A stretch of 64,000 nt of DNA from Eukaryota sp. TZLM1-RC (taxonomy: Eukaryota > Protista > Metamonada: BaSk clade). A program made the translations under genes and the position numbers. A model generated the notes under the pieces. The model was given only the letters and a program-made list of their open reading frames with translations, had not been told where the DNA came from and made no database searches. The stretch is from positions 1,317,038-1,381,037 of the forward strand of contig JAUPSS010000010.1 of the NCBI GenBank assembly GCA_040285825.1, in the 5' to 3' direction. This document shows positions 50,500 through 64,000 of the stretch, piece by piece; position 1 is the first letter of the stretch, and each line of letters opens with the position of its first letter.

Positions 50500-50875
50500 A
50501 ATTTAAGGCTAATTTAAGAAAAACATAGAAAATATAACAAGGTTATCGAAGAAGCTAAAACTAATAGGAATAGACCACTTGTATTTATTGCTTTCCCGTT
50601 TTCGATAAACGGAAGACTAGCAGTAGAAACAGGAACTTTTTTCAATAATTTCCAAAAAATGTTTCAAGAAATAACATTGAAAAGATTTGATATCTTTTTT
50701 GGCGCTCTCGGATTCAATTTGCCATTATTAGTAGATTGCCTCGGTTTTTCAATCAAATTAGAGAAGCTTTAGCTAGACAGTAAGCATATCAAGATTTTGT
50801 AGAGGAAGTCTTGGTTCAATGAATTTAGTCCCATTGATTATGAGTGTATTTTGTTAAGTGTGCAAGTTAATAAGC
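50500..50875 (+). pseudogene. Old N1 copy, 3' piece
   Basis: Resumes at the KHRKY region and repeats the N1 3' end in degenerate form. Confidence 0.8.
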
Positions 50876-50989
50876 TAAGAATTTTGTGAACACTGTCAAT
50901 CAATAATCAATAATCAGAATTGCAATTAAATGGATTGGTGGTTCTCAACCCAAACACAAATCCATACACACTAAATCAATCATCAATCA

Positions 50990-53900
50990 ATGCTTCCTCC
51001 CTATGTCATCCTTCTTCTCATCTTCTATTTCACTGTCTTGGCCACTGAAGTTCACTGGACCTCTGGTGATGGTGGCAGCTTTTCTGATGTCGAGAATTGG
51101 TCTTTCTCAGATGGTGACAACTTTTATACTTATGGTTTAGTCTATGTTATTCAACATGATATTCAAGTGACGTTATACGGAGACTTACTTCCCAACATCC
51201 ACGAAATAAGACTTGGTGGAGGTTCTTCCTTACCGCATCTCAAAATCAGTGCATCTCTTTCAGTTGAAAACTTTGTTTGGCACAGTGGTAGTCTCGAGAT
51301 CGACACCCAGTTATTCAACATTCACTCTACTTTACATCTTAAATCAGAGAGTTCTAAAGAACTACGCTCAGGCACTTTACTTTTATTTGGTTTCTTTCAA
51401 GTTTTTGATAGTTGTACTCTTACTCTATTTCCGAACTCTGAACTAGGTGTTCGCCATGTTTATAATAAAGAAAATAAAGTTTTAATATCACCCTCATCAG
51501 GTGCTTTTGAGATAGCAAAAACTGGTGGAGATCCATGTGTTGAGTTCTTTGTTCCAGTTCAACTGGAAAGCAATAGCCATCTAAAACTAGGAGTTAGTGC
51601 ACATTTGATTGGAAGGGTTGTGGTCAATGAAGGTGCAGTTTTGGAGTTTAATGAAGACTCGGAAATGAATAATGAAATAGAGTTGAAAGGGGAAAATTCG
51701 GAACTCAAAGTTGATGGTTGTACTGTTCAATTTAAGTCAAAATCCTATTATTCTGCAGTAGAAAATGATTTATTAGTTTATTTTAACTTTAGAGATCCTC
51801 CTAGTAATGGTTATTTCAGTGATTTCTTTGGTAATTTCTTTGCTCAAATTAGAGGTAATACTCAGCATGAAAGTGATCATGTTTCAATGCCTGGTACTAA
51901 TGATTTTTTGCTTAGCAGTTTCAGACCTGCCCCTACTGGTCCTTTCACTATCTATATGGATTACGACATCAGATCCTCAATCTCGGGCGACACTACTGTC
52001 CAATTTGGCCTAGAATCTAGCCAATCATCTTGTAATTTTGCTACAGGATTTCATAGGGAGATGCGTTCTATCTTTGGTGTTCCTTATGGCATCGGTCATT
52101 TTGATTTTACACTTTCCTCAATTTCGACACAAACTATAGTTACTGATCAGCTGATTGGTAGAGATTTTGAAAGTAGGTTTCGTCCCGTAGCATATACTGT
52201 ATCCAACTCAGATGTCACAGTAATGAACATACATGATGGTTCTTTCCACATCAAAGATCATAGTTCTTCTCCGCTAAGTCCATGCCAACGTACTTTTCCT
52301 TTGGATTTTAGTGCTTTACTTGATTTCAGCGGTACTGTTGTTAATAGGCATAATGGTAAACTCCGTGATTATAGAGTTTACAATAAAGCTATTAGCGAAG
52401 TAGAGGCTACCACATTGTTTTCCCAGTCAGGAAGTGAAGGAATTGTTGAAACCACCACAGTCCCTGAATTTAGTGGACAGACTTCAATTACGTTGAATGA
52501 AGGTAGCGCAATAATACCATTTCCAGCAGAATTTGACTATGTTTATTATGTTGGAATTTCTATTTTTAATAGCCAGTTTACTTGCCTTGGGAATACGATA
52601 GTTGTCATAACTGGAGATGTGGTTGTTGATTCAGGAGAAGATATTACTTTAAATTGTAAGATAAAACTTGAAGGTAGCATGACGATCATGACTGGAAATG
52701 TTATTTTCTCCAAAAATTCTCAGATTGATGGCAGTCTTATAATTGAAGAAGATGGACTGGTTTCGTTTAAGGATGCTATTTACACCTTCACTACTGATTC
52801 TATCCTTCAACAATACCCCAAGTCCTTTACTACGACAGAGAATACAGTGATCAATTTTGACGGACTTTGGAAAGGAGAATTGATGCTTATCTACCGGGAT
52901 GGATTTAATTTACTGGAAGATTCTAGAATAGACACTCCTATATTTGGTTTGGATTTTGAAGGTGATTATCATTACGACTTGGAACATTTCAACTTTTTAA
53001 ACATTGTGAATCTTCGTATCTTATCAGGAAACATTTTCTTTTTACTCGAGACCAATGATGTTGCACACTTTGAGAGCATTCATGTCGAAAAAGGATCTGT
53101 TACCTTTAACAATGGCGAATTAGTGACAAATAGTTTAACTTTCAACCCTGAATCTACCACTAGTGCTTCATTTACTAATACGCAGCTAGGTTCTTTCACT
53201 ACTTTGGCCTTAACAAAGGGTCATTTAACTTTGGAATATGATGATGATTTTGACATAGCTTTTGATGTTGAGTTGGAAAATTCCGAGCTAACTTTGAAAA
53301 ATTCTGTTAATTATAACTTTGATGATGTAGAATTAGTAGATTCTACTAGAAATGGTGCTGGTAATTTGGTAGCTAAGAGTTTGTCAATTGCCAATAGTGA
53401 ATTTGCTGAAAGTGGTGAAACAATTTGTAATGAAAATTGTCAAATTTTAGATCATTCCCCTAATAATAACAAAATAAGTGACCTTCATAAGCTTACATTT
53501 AATAGTGGAGGTCAAATTTGTTCTGGAAATGTCAAGTTGCAAATATTAGATGGACAATTCATTTTACCTTTAGATTTAGTTTTCCAACTCGATTCTACAC
53601 TTACTGTTTCAACCTCATCCAAAACAGATTTCCAAATATTGGGTACACTTAATATAGAGGAAGAAGGTATTTTGGTAATTGAGAATTTATTTGATTTACA
53701 AGGCACTATTAATGTAATTGGTAAATTAGAATTAGATGTAGATAATACCATTGGTGGAACTTTAAAGGTTTTAGATGGTGGTGAAGCTATTTTCAAAGGA
53801 GATTCTTATACATTTAACGAAAATTCCAAGCTTGAAGTTCATCCAAATACGCTAACTTTACAGGAACCTATTGAATTAACAATTGAAGGTACTTATACAG

Positions 53901-56900
53901 GAATTGGTTCCATCACTCACTCACATGGAAAGTTGACGTTTACTTCTGGTTCAAAGGTGGATACTGATGATTTTATTGTTAAAACTGACAATGAATTAAC
54001 TTTTAATGGTGCTGAATTTAAATCATTAGACTCGCTAGAAATAGAAACTGGTCACGTTACTTTTGACTATGATGACACTTTTGAAAGTATTGACATTGAC
54101 TCAATTGAACTCCAAGAAGGATCTGTTACCTTTAATAATGGTGATTTAAAGGCAAGTAGTTTTACTATTAACTCTGAATCTACAGCTAGTGCTTCATTTT
54201 TTAATACAAAGCTAGATTCTTTAAGTGGCTTCACGTCCATAAAGGGTCATTTAACTTTGGAATATGATGATGATTTTGACATAGCTTTTGATGTTGACTT
54301 GGAAAATTCCGAGCTAACTTTGAAAAATTCTGTTAATTATAACTTTGATGATGTAAAATTAGTAGATTCTACTAGAAATGGTGCTGGTAAAGTGGTAGCT
54401 AAGAGTTTGTCATTTGCCAATAGTGAATTTGCTGAAAGTGGTGAAACAATTTGTAATGAAAATTGTCAAATTTTAGATCATTCCCCTAATAATAACAAAT
54501 TAACTGAACCTCATAAGCTTACATTTAATAGTGGAGATCAAATTAGTTCTGGAAATGCCAAGTTGGAAATATTAGATGGACAATTTATTTTACCTTTAGA
54601 TTTGGTTTTCCAACTCGATTCTACACTTATTGTTTCAACCTCATCCAAAACAGATTTCCAAATATTGGGTACACTTAATATAGAGGAAGAAGGTATTTTG
54701 GTAATTGAGAATTTATTTGATTTACAAGGCACTATCAATGTAAATGGTAAATTAGAATTAGATGTAGATAATACCATTGGTGGAACTTTAAAGGTTTTAG
54801 ATGGTGGTGAAGCTATTTTCAAAGGAGATTCTTATACATTTAACGAAAATTCCAAGCTTCAAGTTCATCCAAATACGCTAACTTTACAGGAACCTATTGA
54901 ATTATCAATTGAAGGTACTTATACAGGAATTGGTTCCATCACTCACTCACATGGAAAGTTGACGTTTACTTCTGGTTCAAAGGTGGATACTGATGATTTT
55001 ATTGTTAAAACTGACAATGAATTAACTTTTAATGGTGCTGAATTTAAATCATTAGACTCGCTAGAAATAGAAACTGGTGACGTTACTTTTGACTATGATG
55101 ACACTTTTGAAAGTATTGACATTGACTCAATTGAACTCCAAGAAGGATCTGTTACCTTTAATAATGGTGATTTAAAGGCAAGTAGTTTTACTATTAACTC
55201 TGAATCTACAGCTAGTGCTTCATTTTTTAATACAAAGCTAGATTCTTTAAGTGGCTTCACGTCCATAAAGGGTCATTTAACTTTGGAATATGATGATGAT
55301 TTTGACATAGCTTTTGATGTTGACTTGGAAAATTCCGAGCTAACTTTGAAAAATTCTGTTAATTATAACTTTGATGATGTAAAATTAGTAGATTCTACTA
55401 AAAATGGTGCTGGTAAAGTGGTAGCTAAGAGTTTGTCAATTGCCAATAGTGAATTTGCTGAAAGTGGTGAAACAATTTGTAATGAAAATTGTCAAATTTT
55501 AGATCATTCCCCTAATAACAACAAAATAAGTGACCTTCATAAGCTTACATTTAATAGTGGAGGTCAAATTAGTTCTGGAAATGCCAAGTTGGAAATATTA
55601 GATGGACAATTTATTTTACCTTTAGATTTGGTTTTCCAACTCGATTCTACACTTATTGTTTCAACCTCATCCAAAACAGATTTCCAAATATTGGGTACAC
55701 TTAATATAGCGGAAGAAGGTATTTTGGTAATTGAGAATTTATTTGATTTACAAGGCACTATCAATGTAAATGGTAAATTAGAATTAGATGTAGATAATAC
55801 CATTGGTGGAACTTTAAAGGTTTTAGATGGTGGTGAAGCTATTTTGAAAGGAGATTCTTATACATTTAACGAAAATTCCAAGCTTCAAGTTCATCCAAAT
55901 ACGCTAACTTTACAGGAACCTATTGAATTAACAATTGAAGGTACTTATACAGGAATTGGTTCCATCACTCACTCACATGGAAAGTTGACGTTTACTTCTG
56001 GTTCAAAGGTGGATACTGATGATTTTATTGTTAAAACTGACAATGAATTAACTTTTAATGGTGCTGAATTTAAATCATTAGATTCGCTAGAAATACAAAC
56101 TGGTCACGTTACTTTTGACTATGATGACACTTTTGAAAGTATTGACATTGACTCAATTGAACTCCACGAAGGATCTGTTACCTTTAATAATGGTGATTTA
56201 AAGGCAAGTAGTTTTACTATTAACTCTGAATCTACAGCTAGTGCTTCATTTTTCAATACAAAGCTAGATTCTTTCAGTGGATTCAGTTCAAATAATGGTA
56301 ATATTGAATTTAATTATGAGGATGATCTCACCATTTCTGCAGATTTTGTTCTTGATAGTTCAGACTTGGAATTAACAAACTCAGATACTATTTATACTTT
56401 TAGTGATGTTTATCTTCTCTCATCAACTCGAAAAGGTAATGGAATTTTAATAGTCGGAGAGTTGAGTTTCTCAGGTACCACTTTTACTGGTAATTCCCAA
56501 ACGAAATGTACTGAAAACTGCGATGTGATCAATGGTGAAACTAACATTATAAATGTAAAAAATTCCCACGAATTAATTTTTGATGGTAATGGTAATATGG
56601 ATTCTGAATCTCCTCTCTACTTCCAAATTAATTCAGCTACTTTTATTTTAAAGGACGGAAATTTGATTTCTGCAAACTCTAAAGTCATTGTTTCAACCTC
56701 ATCCGATACAGATTTCCAAATATTGGGTACACTTAATATAGAGGAAGAAGGTACTTTAGTAATTGAGAATTTATTTGATTTACAAGGCACTATCAATGTA
56801 AATGGTAAATTAGAATTAGATGTAGATAATACCATTGGTGGAACTTTAAAGGTTTTAGATGGTGGTGAAGCTAATTTCAAAGGAGATTCCTATATATTTA

Positions 56901-59900
56901 ACGAAAATTCCAAGCTTAAAGTTCATCCAAATACGCTAACTTTACAGGAACCTATTGAATTAACAATTGAAGGTACTTATACAGGAATTGGTTCCATCAC
57001 TCACTCACATGGAAAGTTGACGTTTACTTCTGGTTCAAAGGTTGATACCGGAGATTTTATTGTCAAAACTGACAATGAATTAACTTTTAATGGTGCTGAA
57101 TTTAAATCATTAGACTTGCTAAAAATAGAAACTGGTCACGTTACTTTTGACTATGATGACACTTTTGAAATTATTGACATTGACTCAATTGAACTCCAGG
57201 AAGGATCTGTTACCTTTAATAATGGTGATTTAAAGGCAAGTAGTTTTACTATTAACTCTGAATCTACAGCTAGTGCTTTATTTTTTAATACAAAGCTAGA
57301 TTCTTTAACTGGTTTCAGTTCAAATAATGGTAATATTGAATTTAATTATGAGGATGATCTCATCATTTCTGCAGCTTTTGTTCTTGATAGTTCAGACTTG
57401 GATTTAACAAACTCAGATACTATTTATACTTTTAGTGATGTTTATCTTCTCTCATCAACTCGAAAAGGTAATGGAATGCTAATAGTCGAAAAGTTGAGTT
57501 TTTCAGGTACCACTTTTACTGGCAATTCCCAAACTAAATGTACTGAAAACTGCGATGTGATCAATGGTGAAACTAACATTATAAATGTAAAAGATTCCCA
57601 CGAATTAATTTTTTTGATGGTAATGGTAATATGGATTCTGAATCTCCTCTCTACTTCCAAATTAATTCAGCTACTTTTTATTTTTAAAGGAAGGGAGTTT
57701 GATTTCTGCAAACCCTAAAGTCATTGTTTCAACCTCATCCAAAACAGATTTCCAAATATTGGGTACACTTAATATAGAGGAAGAAGGTATTTTGGTAATT
57801 GAGGATTTATTTGATTTACAAGGCACTATTAATGTAAAATGGTAAATTAGAATTAGATGTAGATAATACCATTGGTGGAACTTTAAAGGTTTCAGATGGT
57901 GGTGGAGCTATTTTCAAAGGAGATTCTTATACATTTAACGAAAATTCCAAGCTTGAAGTTCATCCAAATACGCTAACTTTACAGGAACCTATTGAATTAT
58001 CAATTGAAGGTACTTATACAGGAATTGGTTCCATCACTCACTCACATGGAAAGTTGACGTTTACTTCTGGTTCAAAAGGTGGATACTGATGATTTTATTG
58101 TTAAAACTGACAATGAATTAACTTTTAGTGGTGCTGAATTTAAATCATTAGACTCGCTAGAAATAGAAACTGGTCACGTTACTTTTGATTACGATGACAC
58201 TTTTGAAAGTATTGACATTGACTCAATTGAACTCCAAGAAGGATCTGTTACCTTTAATAATGGTGATTTAAAGGCAAGTAGTTTTACCATTAACTCTGAA
58301 TCTACAGCTAGTGCTTCATTTTTTTCAATACAAAGCTAGATTCTTTAACTGGTTTCAGTTCAAATAATGGTAATATTGAATTTAATTATGAGGATGATCT
58401 CATCATTTCTGCAGCTTTTGTTCTTGATAGTTCAGACTTGGATTTAACAAACTCAGATACTATTTATACTTTTTAGTGATGTTTATCTTCTCTCATCAAC
58501 TCGAAAAAGGTAATGGAATGCTAATAGTCGAAAAGTTGAGTTTCTCAGGTACCACTTTACTGGTAATTCCCAAACCAAATGTACTGAAAACTGCGATGTG
58601 ATCAATGGTGAAACTAACATTATAAATGTAAAAAGATTCCCACGAATTAATTTTTTTGATGGTAATGGTAATATGGATTCTGAATCTCCTCTCTACTTCC
58701 AAATTAATTCAGCTACTTTTATTTTTAAAGGAAGGGAGTTTGATTTCTACAGACTCTAAAGTCATTGTTTCAACCTCATCCAAAAACAGATTTCCAAATA
58801 TTGGGTACACTTAATATAGAGGAAGAAGGTATTTTTGGTAATTGAGAATTTATTTGATTTACAAGGCACTATTAATGTCAATGGTAAATTAGAATTAGAT
58901 GTAGATAATACCATTGATGGAACTTTAAAGGTTTTAGATGGTGGTGAAGCTAATTTCAAAGGAGATTCCTATACATTTAACGAAAATTCCAAGCTTGAAG
59001 TTCATCCAAATACGCTAATTTTACAGGAACCTATTGAATTAACAATTAAAAGGTACTTATACAGGAATTGGTTCCATCACTCACTCACATGGAAAGTTGA
59101 CGTTTACTTCTGGTTCAAAGGTTGATACCGGAGATTTTATTGTCAGAACTGACAATGAATTAACTTTTAATGGTGCTGAATTTAAATCATTAGACTCGCT
59201 AGAAATAGAAACTGGTGACGTTACTTTTTGATTACGATGACACTTTTGAAAGTATTGACATTGACTCAATTGAACTCCAAGAAGGATCTGTTACCTTTAA
59301 TAATGGTGATTTAAAGGCAAGTAGTTTTACTATTAACTCTGAATCTACAGCTAGTGCTTCATTTTTTAATACAAAGCTAGATTCTTTAACTGGTTTCAGT
59401 TCAAATAATGGTAATATTGAATTTAATTATGAGGATGATCTCATCATTTCTGCAGCTTTTGTTCTTGATAGTTCAGACTTGGATTTAACAAACTCAGATA
59501 CTATTTATACTTTTAGTGATGTTTATCTTCTCTCATCAACTCGAAAAGGTAATGGAATGCTAATAGTCGAAAAGTTGAGTTTCTCAGGTACCACTTTTAC
59601 TGGTAATTCCCAAACTAAATGTACTGAAAACTGCGATGTGATCAATGGTGAAACTAACATTATAAATGTAAAAGATTCCCACGAATTAATTTTTGATGGT
59701 AATGGTAATATGGATTCTGAATCTCCTCTCTACTTCCAAATTAATTCAGCTACTTTTATTTTAAAGGAAGGGAGTTTGATTTCTACAGACTCTAAAGTCA
59801 TTGTTTCAACCTCATCCAAAACAGATTTCCAAATATTGGGTACACTTAATATAGAGGAAGAAGGTATTTTGGTAATTGAGAATTTATTTGATTTACAAGG

Positions 59901-62900
59901 CACTATTAATGTCAATGGTAAATTAGAATTAGATGTAGATAATACCATTGATGGAACTTTAAAGGTTTTAGATGGTGGTGAAGCTAATTTCAAAGGAGAT
60001 TCCTATACATTTAACGAAAATTCCAAGCTTGAAGTTCATCCAAATACGCTAATTTTACAGGAACCTATTGAATTAACAATTAAAGGTACTTATACAGGAA
60101 TTGGTTCCATCACTCACTCACATGGAAAGTTGACGTTTACTTCTGGTTCAAAGGTTGATACCGGAGATTTTATTGTCAGAACTGACAATGAATTAACTTT
60201 TAATGGTGCTGAATTTAAATCATTAGACTCGCTAGAAATAGAAACTGGTGACGTTACTTTTGATTACGATGACACTTTTGAAAGTATTGACATTGACTCA
60301 ATTGAACTCCAAGAAGGATCTGTTACCTTTAATAATGGTGATTTAAAGGCAAGTAGTTTTACTATTAACTCTGAATCTACAGCTAGTGCTTCATTTTTTA
60401 ATACAAAGCTAGATTCTTTAACTGGTTTCAGTTCAAATAATGGTAATATTGAATTTAATTATGAGGATGATCTCATCATTTCTGCAGCTTTTGTTCTTGA
60501 TAGTTCAGACTTGGATTTAACAAACTCAGATACTATTTATACTTTTAGTGATGTTTATCTTCTCTCATCAACTCGAAAAGGTAATGGAATGCTAATAGTC
60601 GAAAAAGTTGAGTTTCTCAGGTACCACTTTTACTGGTAATTCCCCAAACTAAATGTACTGAAAACTGCGATGTGATCAATGGTGAAACTAACATTATAAA
60701 TGTAAAAGATTCCCACGAATTAATTTTTGATGGTAATGGTAATATGGATTCTGAATCTCTCTCTACTTCCAAATTAATTCAGCTACTTTTTATTTTTAAA
60801 GGAAGGGAGTTTGATTTCTACAGACTCTAAAGTCATTGTTTCAACCTCATCCAAAAACAGATTTCCAAATATTGGGTACACTTAATATAGAGGAAGAAGG
60901 TATTTTTGGTAATTGAGAATTTATTTGATTTACAAGGCACTATTAATGTCAATGGTAAATTAGAATTAGATGTAGATAATACCATTGATGGAACTTTAAA
61001 GGTTTTTAGATGGTGGTGAAGCTAATTTCAAAGGAGATTCCTATACATTTAATGAAAATTCCAAGCTTGAAGTTCATCCAAATACGCTAATTTTACAGGA
61101 ACCTATTGAATTAACAATTAAAAGGTACTTATACAGGAATTGGTTCCATCACTCACTCACATGGAAAGTTGACGTTTACTTCTGGTTCAAAGGTTGATAC
61201 CGGAGATTTTTTATTGTCAGAACTGACAATGAATTAACTTTTAATGGTGCTGAATTTAAATCATTACACTCGCTAGAAATAGAAACTGGTCACGTTACTT
61301 TTTGATTACGATGACACTTTTGAAAGTATTGACATTGACTCAATTGAACTCCAAGAAGGATCTGTTACCTTTAATAATGGTGATTTAAAGGCAAGTAGTT
61401 TTACTATTAACTCTGAATCTACAGCTAGTGCTTCATTTTTTAATACAAAGCTAGATTCTTTAACTGGTTTCAGTTCAAATAATGGTAATATTGAATTTAA
61501 TTATGAGGATGATCTCATCATTTCTGCAGCTTTTGTTCTTGATAGTTCAGACTTGGATTTAACAAACTCAGATACTATTTATACTTTTAGTGATGTTTAT
61601 CTTCTCTCATCAACTCGAAAAGGTAATGGAATGCTAATAGTCGAAAAGTTGAGTTTCTCAGGTACCACTTTTACTGGTAATTCCCAAACTAAATGTACTG
61701 AAAACTGCGATGTGATCAATGGTGAAACTAACATTATAAATGTAAAAGATTCCCACGAATTAATTTTTGATGGTAATGGTAATATGGATTCTGAATCTCC
61801 TCTCTACTTCCAAATTAATTCAGCTACTTTTTATTTTAAAGGAAGGGAGTTTGATTTCTACAGACTCTAAAGTCATTGTTTCAACCTCATCAAAAACAGA
61901 TTTCCAAATATTGGGTACACTTAATATAGAGGAAGAAGGTATTTTTGGTAATTGAGAATTTATTTGATTTACAAGGCACTATTAATGTCAATGGTAAATT
62001 AGAATTAGATGTAGATAATACCATTGATGGAACTTTAAAGGTTTTAGATGGTGGTGAAGCTAATTTCAAAGGAGATTCCTATACATTTAACGAAAATTCC
62101 AAGCTTGAAGTTCATCCAAATACGCTAATTTTACAGGAACCTATTGAATTAACAATTAAAAGGTACTTATACAGGAATTGGTTCCATCACTCACTCACAT
62201 GGAAAGTTGACGTTTACTTCTGGTTCAAAGGTTGATACCGGAGATTTTATTGTCAGAACTGACAATGAATTAACTTTTAATGGTGCTGAATTTAAATCAT
62301 TACACTCGCTAGAAATAGAAACTGGTCACGTTACTTTTTGATTACGATGACACTTTTTGAAAGTATTGACATTGACTCAATTGAACTCCAAGAAGGATCT
62401 GTTACCTTTAATAATGGTGATTTAAAGGCAAAGTAGTTTTACTATTAACTCTGAATCTACAGCTAGTGCTTCATTTTTAATACAAAGCTAGATTCTTTAA
62501 CTGGTTTCAGTTCAAATAATGGTAATATTGAATTTAATTATGAGGATGATCTCATCATTTCTGCAGCTTTTGTTCTTGATAGTTCAGACTTGGATTTAAC
62601 AAACTCAGATACTATTTATACTTTTAGTGATGTTTTATCTTCTCTCATCAACTCGAAAAGGTAATGGAATGCTAATAGTCGAAAAAGTTGAGTTTCTCAG
62701 GTACCACTTTTACTGGTAATTCCCAAACTAAATGTACTGAAAACTGCGATGTGATCAATGGTGAAACTAACATTATAAAATGTAAAAAGATTCCCACGAA
62801 TTAATTTTTGATGGTAATGGTAATATGGATTCTGAATCTCCTCTCTACTTCCAAATTAATTCAGCTACTTTTATTTTAAAGGAAGGGAGTTTGATTTCTA

Positions 62901-64000
62901 CAGACTCTAAAGTCATTGTTTCAACCTCATCCAAAACAGATTTCCAAATATTGGGTACACTTAATATAGAGGAAGAAGGTATTTTTGGTAATTGAGAATT
63001 TATTTGATTTACAAGGCACTATTAATGTCAATGGTAAATTAGAATTAGATGTAGATAATACCATTGATGGAACTTTAAAGGTTTTAGATGGTGGTGAAGC
63101 TAATTTCAAAGGAGATTCCTATACATTTAACGAAAATTCCAAGCTTGAAGTTCATCCAAATACGCTAATTTTACAGGAACCTATTGAATTAACAATTAAA
63201 GGTACTTATACAGGAATTGGTTCCATCACTCACTCACATGGAAAGTTGACGTTTACTTCTGGTTCAAAGGTTGATACCGGAGATTTTATTGTCAGAACTG
63301 ACAATGAATTAACTTTTAATGGTGCTGAATTTAAATCATTAGACTCACTAGAAATAGAAACTGGTCACGTTACTTTTGGTTATGATGACACTTTTAAAAG
63401 TATTGACATTGACTCAATTGAACTCCAAGAAGGGTCTGTTACCTTTAATAATGGTGATTTAAAGGCAAGTAGTTTTACTATTAACTCTGAATCTACAGCT
63501 AGTGCTTCATTTTTTAATACAAAGCTAGATTCTTTAACTGGTTTCAGTTCAAATAATGGTAATATTGAATTTAATTATGAGGATGATCTCATCATTTCTG
63601 CAGCTTTTGTTCTTGATAGTTCAGACTTGGATTTAACAAACTCAGATACTATTTATACTTTTAGTGATGTTTATCTTCTCTCATCAACTCGAAAGGTAAT
63701 GGAATGCTAATAGTCGAAAAGTTGAGTTTTCAGGTACCACTTTTACTGGCAATTCCCAAACTAAAATGTACTGAAAGCTGCGATGTGATCAATGGGTGAA
63801 ACTAACATTATAAATGTAAAGATTCCACGAATTAATTTTTTTGATGGTAATGGTAATATGGATTCTGAATCTCCTCTCTACTTCCAAATTAATTCCAGCT
63901 ACTTTTATTTTAAAGGAAGGGAGTTTGATTTCTGCAAACCCTAAAGTCATTGTTTCAACCTCATCAAAACAGATTTCCAAATATTGGGTACACTTAATAT
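50990..64000 (+). CDS. Giant predicted cell-surface protein, paralogue 2 (3' end outside the window)
   Basis: Signal peptide MLPPYVILLLIFYFTVLA; near-identical to paralogue 1 outside the variable cassette; open to 57718, then broken almost only by 1-nt homopolymer indels. Confidence 0.85.
53215..64000 (+). repeat. Coding tandem array, at least 10 units of ~1026/1032 bp
   Basis: Order A-A then at least 8 B units; antisense ORFs at 53512, 54538 and 55564 are 1026 bp apart. Confidence 0.95.

Noticed and set aside
47242-52601. RT next to a variable domain as a diversity-generating retroelement
   Set aside because: The RT is an RLE non-LTR type, and the two cassettes differ at all bases with indels, not only at adenines; no template repeat is seen
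57600-64000. Many frameshifts in paralogue 2 (and three at 23113-23385 in paralogue 1) as phase variation or pseudogenisation
   Set aside because: Nearly all are 1-2 nt homopolymer length changes with no nonsense substitutions and they increase towards the window end; this fits unpolished long-read error in repeats

Overview
AT-rich eukaryotic DNA, most likely from a microbial eukaryote (inferred from intron-free giant ORFs in the standard code plus Ty3/Gypsy, RLE-type non-LTR and hAT elements). The only host genes are two divergently oriented paralogues encoding giant predicted surface proteins (13203-27738 minus, ~4840 aa after correcting three homopolymer slips; 50990->64000 plus, running off the window). 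Both have a signal peptide, a LamG/ConA-like domain and a stalk of ~1.03-kb repeats; the complete gene also has IPT/TIG domains, Cys-rich repeats and ~7-8 TM helices. The rest is two deep transposon nests (1-12.4 kb and 28.9-50.9 kb) whose order of insertion can be read from target-site duplications (TSDs). Main observations: (1) the two giant paralogues are near-identical except for one sharply bounded ~650-bp LamG-like cassette and a reshuffled A/B repeat stalk; (2) all five 5' LTRs lack a tRNA-like primer-binding site (PBS) and instead carry a conserved palindrome/hairpin GGCAWCA-N8-TGGC, suggesting tRNA-independent priming; (3) a recently mobile 1.1-kb gag-only LTR element is present in two independent copies; (4) two diverged non-LTR copies share an in-phase A_AAA_AAC -1 frameshift. 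All alignments and coordinates were read by eye.
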